From positions 1-63,378 of the forward strand of contig JAYUUN010000005.1 in the NCBI GenBank assembly GCA_043754535.1: a DNA stretch of 63,378 bases, in the 5' to 3' direction. The notes under the pieces were generated by a model, which worked only from the letters and a program-made list of their open reading frames with translations, did no database searches and was not told the DNA's origin. The number at the start of each line of letters is the position of its first letter. Position 1 is the stretch's first letter. Shown piece after piece: positions 57,224 through 63,378 of the stretch. The DNA comes from Chloroflexota bacterium (GTDB lineage Bacteria; Chloroflexota; Chloroflexia; QHBQ01). Made by a program: the position numbers and the translations under genes.

Positions 57224-58078
57224 GTGCAAGTGCTATCGCTTACCCAGCAGCAATCGCGGGTGATCCAATCCAGCGCGACCTGGCAGGCTGAAGGGGTACA
57301 CGCCCGCAGCCTGCGTAACCTGGCGGGCCTCGACCTGCGCCTCTTGGAGGTCGCCCCCGCTGGCGAACTAACCAGCCCCGCGATCAGCAGCGACCGTTGC
57401 TACTATGTGCTGGCGGGCAGCGGCGTGATTGGCAAGCCGGGCGCGGCTGGCGAGCCGTTCGCCCTCGGCAACGTTGCCGCCTTGACCCAGGGTGAGAGCT
57501 TCTTCATCCGCAATATTGGTGACGGCCCCCTGCAAGTGCTGTTCATTCGTGGCGCAGAGGAGGGGACGATAGCGAAGGAGACGCTGCCGCCCGCCCAGCC
57601 CGCCGCGAAGAAGCAGCCCGCAGCGGCGAAGGCTGGCGCGGTTATCCCCAACGATAGCTTCCGCTGCATGATCTGGTTCGACGGCGGCAGCACCGGCAAT
57701 CCTGGGCCGAGCTACGGCAGCTACGCCATCTTCGTCCCCGACGCGGGCGGCAACTGGCCCAGCGAGCCAGCCCAGGTGATCGGGCGGCTAGACTTTGGCC
57801 GTGGCACAAACAACGAGGCCGAATACAAGGCTCTGCTGGCTGGGCTGGAAGATGTAACCCAGCGCATCGAAGCGGCGGGCCAGCCGGTGGCGAAGTGGCA
57901 GATCGAGGTGCGCGGCGACAGCGACCTGGTGATCAAGCAGGTTGGCGGCGAGTGGCAGGTGAAGAAGGATACCCTGCGCCCGCTCACCGACCGCGCCCAG
58001 ACCCTCCTTCGGCGGTTCGGCAAGCGCGACCTCAAGTGGCACAGCCGCACCAATAGCGTACGCGTGCTAGGGCATTGA
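57224..58078 (+). CDS. Cupin-ribonuclease HI fusion
   Basis: Cupin (YYVLAG.G...IRN.G..PL); WFDGGS.GNPGP, TNNEAEY, RGDS.LVI.Q. Confidence 0.85.
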   Translation: MQVLSLTQQQSRVIQSSATWQAEGVHARSLRNLAGLDLRLLEVAPAGELTSPAISSDRCYYVLAGSGVIGKPGAAGEPFALGNVAALTQGESFFIRNIGDGPLQVLFIRGAEEGTIAKETLPPAQPAAKKQPAAAKAGAVIPNDSFRCMIWFDGGSTGNPGPSYGSYAIFVPDAGGNWPSEPAQVIGRLDFGRGTNNEAEYKALLAGLEDVTQRIEAAGQPVAKWQIEVRGDSDLVIKQVGGEWQVKKDTLRPLTDRAQTLLRRFGKRDLKWHSRTNSVRVLGH

Positions 58079-58167
58079 GTGGCTGGCCGCTGGCAACAGG
58101 GCAGTTCACCAACTCACCACTAGTTGTAGTGTAATTGGCAGCAGTACAAGGCAAGAGGAGGCAACCC

Positions 58168-61100
58168 ATGACATTCAAGCCAGTAGACAACAACCCCAAC
58201 TTCCCGCTGCTAGAGCATGATGTGCTGCGCTTCTGGCGCGAGAACCGCATCTTCGACCGCCTGCGCGAGCAGAATGCGGGCGGCCCCCGCTACAGCTTCT
58301 TCGACGGCCCGATTACCGCCAACAACCCGATGGGTGTACACCACGCCTGGGGCCGCACCTACAAAGACCTCTACCAACGCTACAAGGCGATGCAGGGCTA
58401 TCAGTTGCGCTACCAGAACGGCTTCGACTGCCAGGGCCTCTGGCTGGAAGTAGAGGTGGAGAAGGCCCTGGGCTTCAATAGCAAGCGCGACATCGAGGCG
58501 TTTGGCCTGGACAAGTTCGCGGAGCAGTGCCGCGCCCGCGTCCTCAAGTTCAGCGAGAAGCAGACTCAGCAATCAATCCGCCTCGGCCAGTGGATGGACT
58601 GGGAGAACTCGTACTATACTATGAGCGACACCAACATCGAGTATATTTGGCACTTCCTCAAGGTCGTCAACGAGCGCGGCTGGCTGGCGGAGAAGGCACT
58701 AATCATGCCCTGGTGCATCCGCTGCGGCACGTCGTTGGCTCAGCACGAACTGACCGATAGCTACCGCACTGTCACCCACCGCTCGGTCTACGTCAAGCTG
58801 CCGCTCAACGAGCATCCTGGCGAGTACCTGTTGGCCTGGACTACTACCCCCTGGACGCTATCCAGCAACATGGCCCTGGCCGTCAATCCCAGCCTGGACT
58901 ATGCCCAGGTGCAGCAAGGCGAAGAAGTCTACTACCTCTCCACCGGCACGCTCAAGCTACTCAAGGGCGACTTCGTGCAGATTGGCACGCTCAAGGGTAG
59001 CGCGCTGATTGCGCGGGCTAGCGGGGGCTACGCTGGCCCCTTCGACGACCTTGCCTTGCAGCAAGGGGTGGTCCATCCGGTCTTGCCCTGGGCCGAGGTC
59101 AGCGACGAGGAAGGTACTGGCATCGTGCATATCGCCCCCGGCTGTGGGGCCGAGGACTACAACCTCTACACTGGCATCTTCGGCAAGCAGGCGCGGATCA
59201 TCGCCCCCATTGACGATAGCGGCCTCTACCTGGCGGGCTTCGGCCAGTATAGCGGGCGGCACGTGCGTGAGGTGACCAACGACATCTTCAGCGACCTGAC
59301 CGCCAAGAACCGCATCTACAAGATCGAGGACTACACCCACCGCTACCCCGTCTGCTGGCGGTGCGGCGAGGATTTGGTCTACCGCCTGGTAGACGAGTGG
59401 TTCATCCTGGCCGACGGCCCAGCGGGTAACAGCGACCCAGAGCAGAGCGTGCGCGTGCAGATGAAGCGCAATGCCGAGCAGGTGCGCTGGCTGCCAGAGG
59501 CGAGCGGCAAGCGGATGCAGAACTGGCTGGACAATATGGGCGACTGGTGCATCAGCCGCAAGCGGTACTGGGGGCTGCCGCTACCCTTCTATCGCTGCGC
59601 CAACAAGCACGTGACTACCGTCGGTAGCCGCGCCGAGTTGCGCCAGCTTGCTACCAACCCGGCAGCAGTGGACAACCTCAAGGAGCTACACCGCCCCTGG
59701 ATCGACGAGGTGACGATCACCTGTCCCCAATGCCAGCAGGAGGCCAAGCGGGTGACCGAGGTCGGCGACTGTTGGCTGGATGCGGGCATCGTCCCCTTCA
59801 GTACCCTCAAGTACCTGGAAGACAAGGACTACTGGCAGCAGTGGTTCCCCGCCGAGTTCATCACCGAGATGCGCGAACAGGTACGCCTCTGGTTCTACTC
59901 GCAACTGTTCATGAGTACCACCCTGGTCGGCAAGGCTCCCTACCAGACCGTGCTAACCAACGAGATGGTGCGCGACGAGAAGGGCGAGCGCATCAGCAAG
60001 ACCAAGGGCAATGGCGCACCCTACGACGAGGCGGTAGAGAAGATGGGCGCGGATGTGCTGCGCTGGCTCTACGCTGGACAGAACAACGCGGCAGACATCA
60101 AGTTCGGCTACGGCCCCGCCCGCGAGGTGACGCGCCACCTGCTGACCCTCTGGAACACCTACAACTTCTTTGTCACCTACGCCAACCTGGATGGGCTGAC
60201 GGTGGCGAACCTGCCGCCCAACATCGAGCGTAGCGAACTTGACCGCTGGATACGCGCCCGCCTCCACCTGCTGATCCAGCAAACCCGCGCCGCCCTGGAC
60301 AACTATGATAGCATGACGGTGACGAAGCTGGTCACCAACTTCATCGAAGACCTATCGAACTGGTATGTGCGCCGCAGCCGCCGCCGCTTCTGGAAAAGCG
60401 AGAGTGACGAGGACAAGGTGGCCGCTTACGCCACGCTGTACGAGGCGTTGGTCACGTTGGTCAGCCTGCTAGCCCCGATCATGCCCTTCCTCAGCGAGCA
60501 AATCTACCAGAACCTGGTGGTGGATCAACTCAAGACCGCGCCCGCCAGCGTCCACCTGATCGAGTACCCTTTCGCAGACGAGTCGTTGATCGATAGGGGG
60601 CTGATCGAGGAGATCGACCTGGTGATCAAGGTGGTGAGCATGGGCCGCATGGCCCGTCAACGCCACGAACTGAAGGTGCGCCAGCCGCTCGCCGCAATCA
60701 CAGTGCGCGTGCGCAACCAGCAGGAGGCGGCTCAGTTGGCCCGCCACAGCCAGCAGATCGAGGAGGAACTGAACGTCAAGGCGGTCAAGATCACGACCGA
60801 CGGCGGCGAACTGGTCAGCTATGTGCTTAAGCCGAACCTGCGGCTGCTGGGCAAGAAGTACGGCAAGCAGCTACCAGCGATCACCGCCGCCCTTGCTGCC
60901 GCCGATGGTGCAGCAGTGGCTGTCGCCATCGCCGCTGGTCAGCCAGTCAGCATCAACCTGGCGGGCGAGAGCCTGGCCCTGCAAGCGGATGAGGTGCTGG
61001 TCGAGACCAAGGAGCGCGAGGGGCTGGCCGTCTTCCAGGATGAGGGGCTGGTTGTCGCCCTGGACACCGAACTCACGCCCGAACTGCGAGCCGAAGGGCT

Positions 61101-61395
61101 GGCCCGCGACCTCGTGCGCGTGGTGCAGGATATGCGAAAAGCAGCAGGCTTCAGTATCGCCGACCGCATTGTTACCTACTACGTCGGCAACGGCGCAGCA
61201 GGGGCTGTCCTCACTAACTACCGCGAGTACATCGCCAGCGAGACCCTCAGCCGCGACCTGGTGGCTCTGGCTAGCAGCAGCGAACTACCAGCCGCCGCCT
61301 ACCAGCAGAGCAGCGACCTGAACGGCGAACAACTGCTGCTGGCCGTGCAGCAGACTGGCGAGCAGGCTAGCGGCATCGTCGCCGACGAGGAGTAG
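58168..61395 (+). CDS. ileS: Isoleucyl-tRNA synthetase, type 2 (IleRS2)
   Basis: DGP.TAN, AWTTTPWTL, GTGIVHIAP, DWCISRKRYWG, SNWYVRRSRRRFW, type-2 C-terminus; upstream Ile T-box. Confidence 0.96.
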   Translation: MTFKPVDNNPNFPLLEHDVLRFWRENRIFDRLREQNAGGPRYSFFDGPITANNPMGVHHAWGRTYKDLYQRYKAMQGYQLRYQNGFDCQGLWLEVEVEKALGFNSKRDIEAFGLDKFAEQCRARVLKFSEKQTQQSIRLGQWMDWENSYYTMSDTNIEYIWHFLKVVNERGWLAEKALIMPWCIRCGTSLAQHELTDSYRTVTHRSVYVKLPLNEHPGEYLLAWTTTPWTLSSNMALAVNPSLDYAQVQQGEEVYYLSTGTLKLLKGDFVQIGTLKGSALIARASGGYAGPFDDLALQQGVVHPVLPWAEVSDEEGTGIVHIAPGCGAEDYNLYTGIFGKQARIIAPIDDSGLYLAGFGQYSGRHVREVTNDIFSDLTAKNRIYKIEDYTHRYPVCWRCGEDLVYRLVDEWFILADGPAGNSDPEQSVRVQMKRNAEQVRWLPEASGKRMQNWLDNMGDWCISRKRYWGLPLPFYRCANKHVTTVGSRAELRQLATNPAAVDNLKELHRPWIDEVTITCPQCQQEAKRVTEVGDCWLDAGIVPFSTLKYLEDKDYWQQWFPAEFITEMREQVRLWFYSQLFMSTTLVGKAPYQTVLTNEMVRDEKGERISKTKGNGAPYDEAVEKMGADVLRWLYAGQNNAADIKFGYGPAREVTRHLLTLWNTYNFFVTYANLDGLTVANLPPNIERSELDRWIRARLHLLIQQTRAALDNYDSMTVTKLVTNFIEDLSNWYVRRSRRRFWKSESDEDKVAAYATLYEALVTLVSLLAPIMPFLSEQIYQNLVVDQLKTAPASVHLIEYPFADESLIDRGLIEEIDLVIKVVSMGRMARQRHELKVRQPLAAITVRVRNQQEAAQLARHSQQIEEELNVKAVKITTDGGELVSYVLKPNLRLLGKKYGKQLPAITAALAAADGAAVAVAIAAGQPVSINLAGESLALQADEVLVETKEREGLAVFQDEGLVVALDTELTPELRAEGLARDLVRVVQDMRKAAGFSIADRIVTYYVGNGAAGAVLTNYREYIASETLSRDLVALASSSELPAAAYQQSSDLNGEQLLLAVQQTGEQASGIVADEE

Positions 61396-61437
61396 CCACC
61401 GCTGGCTAGCCGCCACGATTGTGAGGGTTGAAGTAGC

Positions 61438-62325
61438 ATGGACAACACAGCAGTCAGCCAAACCAATCTGCCCCTGCCGCTGTTTGGCCGGGGCAAGGTG
61501 CGCGACACCTACGACCTCGGCGACCGCCTGTTGATGGTCAGCACCGACCGCCTCAGCGCGTTCGACGTGGTGCTGCCCACGCCATTGCCGGGGCGCGGCA
61601 TCATCCTCAACCAGATGGCTGCCTACTGGTTTACCTACACCCGCAACATCGTCGCCAATCACCTGCTCAGCACAGATATAGCCGACTTTCCAGCGGCGGT
61701 GCAGCAATCGCCCTACCGCGAACAGGTGGTGGGGCGGGCGATGCTGGTTCGCAAAGTGCAGCGGCTCGACCTTGAGTGCGTCGTGCGCGGCTACCTGGCG
61801 GGCGGCGGCTGGGCCGACTATCAGCGGACGGGCGCGCTCTGCGCCATCCCGCTGCCAACGGGGCTGCTGGAGAATGCGCGGCTAGATGTGCCGATCTTCA
61901 CCCCCTCGACCAAAGCGAGCAGCGGCCACGACCAGAACATCAGCTTTGCCCAGGCGGTGGAGATCGTTGGCGAGAAGACCGCAGAGCGGCTGCGCGACCT
62001 CAGCCTGCAACTCTACGCCGCCGCCAGCATCCACGCCGAAGCCCGTGGCATCATCATCGCCGACACCAAGTTTGAGTTCGGCCTGGACGAGGCGGGCGCA
62101 GTTATCCTGATCGACGAAGCCCTCACCCCCGACAGTTCGCGCTTCTGGCAGGCGACCAGCTACCTCCCTGGGCAGCCCGCCCACAGCTTCGACAAGCAGT
62201 TTGTACGCGACTGGCTCAAGCAGAGTGGCTGGGACAGGCAAGCCCCCCCCCCCGATCTGCCGCCAGAGATCGTCGCTGCCACCCTTGACCGCTACCAGCA
62301 GGCGTTGGCGCGGCTGACCAGTTAG
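61438..62325 (+). CDS. purC: SAICAR synthetase
   Basis: GKVRD, DRLSAFD, ECVVRGY, FTPSTK, ADTKFEFG, DEALTPDSSR, DKQFVRD. Confidence 0.96.
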   Translation: MDNTAVSQTNLPLPLFGRGKVRDTYDLGDRLLMVSTDRLSAFDVVLPTPLPGRGIILNQMAAYWFTYTRNIVANHLLSTDIADFPAAVQQSPYREQVVGRAMLVRKVQRLDLECVVRGYLAGGGWADYQRTGALCAIPLPTGLLENARLDVPIFTPSTKASSGHDQNISFAQAVEIVGEKTAERLRDLSLQLYAAASIHAEARGIIIADTKFEFGLDEAGAVILIDEALTPDSSRFWQATSYLPGQPAHSFDKQFVRDWLKQSGWDRQAPPPDLPPEIVAATLDRYQQALARLTS

Positions 62326-62352
62326 CCCACGATGCAAAAGGGAGACCCGCAA

Positions 62353-62643
62353 TTGCAAGCACTAGAAAACGCGCAGCCCGCCCCGACCAGCCAGCGGTTC
62401 ACCGCCAACGTCTACGTCACGCTCAAGCCAGTGGTCAACGACCCGCAAGGGCTGTCGGTCGCCAGCGGCCTGCAACATCTAGGCTACGACACGGTGGCTA
62501 GCGTGCGCGTCGGCAAGTACATCACCCTCAAGCTGGCCGCCAGCGACCGCGCCGAGGCCGAGCGGGTGGTCAGCGAGATGTGCGCGAAGCTGCTGGCGAA
62601 CACGGTGATCGAAGACTACCGCTTTGAGTTGACCGCCGAGTGA
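62353..62643 (+). CDS. purS: Phosphoribosylformylglycinamidine synthase subunit PurS
   Basis: VTLK..V.DPQG, VRVGK, MC.KLLAN.VIEDY. Confidence 0.93.
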   Translation: MQALENAQPAPTSQRFTANVYVTLKPVVNDPQGLSVASGLQHLGYDTVASVRVGKYITLKLAASDRAEAERVVSEMCAKLLANTVIEDYRFELTAE

Positions 62644-63378
62644 TGCTCAACCGCCTGCCACCCCTCCACCGTTACACCATGCTGGCGGGGCTGCTGATCA
62701 TCCTGGCGGGGCTGCTGCCCGTCCTCGCCCCCAGCGACTTCGACCTCTGGTGGCACCTGCGCACGGGCCAGTTGATCGCCGAGCAGGGCGTGCCGACGGT
62801 CAACGACTACTCCTACACCGAGCTAGGCCGCCCCTGGATCGCCTACCACTGGCTGATCGAGTGGCTGATGTACGGGGTGCAGCAGCTCTTTGGCTACCCT
62901 GGCCTGATCATCCTCTTTGGTCTGGTGCAAGCTGGCAGCAGCCTGCTTGTCTACCGCCTACTGCGGCTGCTGGGGGCTGGGCGGGTGCTTACCCTCTTGC
63001 TCCTGCTCCTCTTTGCCATCCTCACCGTCCCCACCTGGGGCGTGCGCCCGCAAATCCTTGCCTCACTGTTCCTGGCCGCCTACTACCTGATCCTGCTCAC
63101 CTACAAGCACACGCCCAGCCGCCGCTGGCTGCTCTGGCTGCTGCTGCCGCTCTCCGTGCTGTGGACGAATATGCACGGCACTTACATCACCGGCCTGATC
63201 CTGATCGGCATCTTCCTGCTGGGCGAAGTCCTCAACAACTTCATCTACCGCCCAGAGCAACCGCTGCCCACCCTGCCGCTGCTGCTTGCGCTGCTTGGTA
63301 GCACGGCGGCTACCCTGCTCAACCCCTACTTCGTCAACTTGTGGCTCCTACCCCTCGGCTACGTGCCTAACGGCAGCC
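62643..63378 (+). CDS. Multi-pass membrane protein, GT-C-like (partial; runs off the window)
   Basis: ATG overlaps the purS stop; DFDLWWHLRTG, W..YHWL, RPQ, LWTNMHG, LLNPY; absent from the ORF track because there is no stop in the window. Confidence 0.75.
   Translation, partial: MLNRLPPLHRYTMLAGLLIILAGLLPVLAPSDFDLWWHLRTGQLIAEQGVPTVNDYSYTELGRPWIAYHWLIEWLMYGVQQLFGYPGLIILFGLVQAGSSLLVYRLLRLLGAGRVLTLLLLLLFAILTVPTWGVRPQILASLFLAAYYLILLTYKHTPSRRWLLWLLLPLSVLWTNMHGTYITGLILIGIFLLGEVLNNFIYRPEQPLPTLPLLLALLGSTAATLLNPYFVNLWLLPLGYVPNGS

Overview
High-GC bacterial DNA, most likely Chloroflexota, judged from YFxETGH/QYFERARFE-type repeats, C-terminal SLH-like modules and LPXTG-like sorting signals. Ordinary genes include a cyanophycinase, a GH18, two MFS transporters, modAB, a FabF-like KS, mazG, a GH15, glpDFK, an S8 protease, comB, ileS, purC and purS. 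Four unusual systems sit among them. (1) A minimal phage head kit is split into two operons about 32 kb apart: portal-amidase-adaptor at 5.6-8.1 kb and scaffold-like-capsid-terminase at 39.7-44.0 kb. Both operons start at near-identical sigma70 promoters followed by the same 21-nt leader and an intrinsic terminator, which suggests a co-regulated, domesticated GTA-like system. (2) A repABC-like replication cassette lies at 14.4-18.7 kb: HTH-ParA, ParB carrying two palindromic parS candidates with a third copy upstream, an antisense ctRNA-like unit, and an HTH initiator-like gene with internal iteron-like repeats and an AT-rich patch. Strand composition appears to flip near it. (3) Two coupled genes each fuse an XRE-type HTH to an Hfq/Sm-like domain. 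(4) An Ile T-box precedes two cupin-RNase H fusion genes, one apparently catalytically degenerate, and a GxHH-type IleRS2. All family calls come from motif reading by eye; no searches were run.
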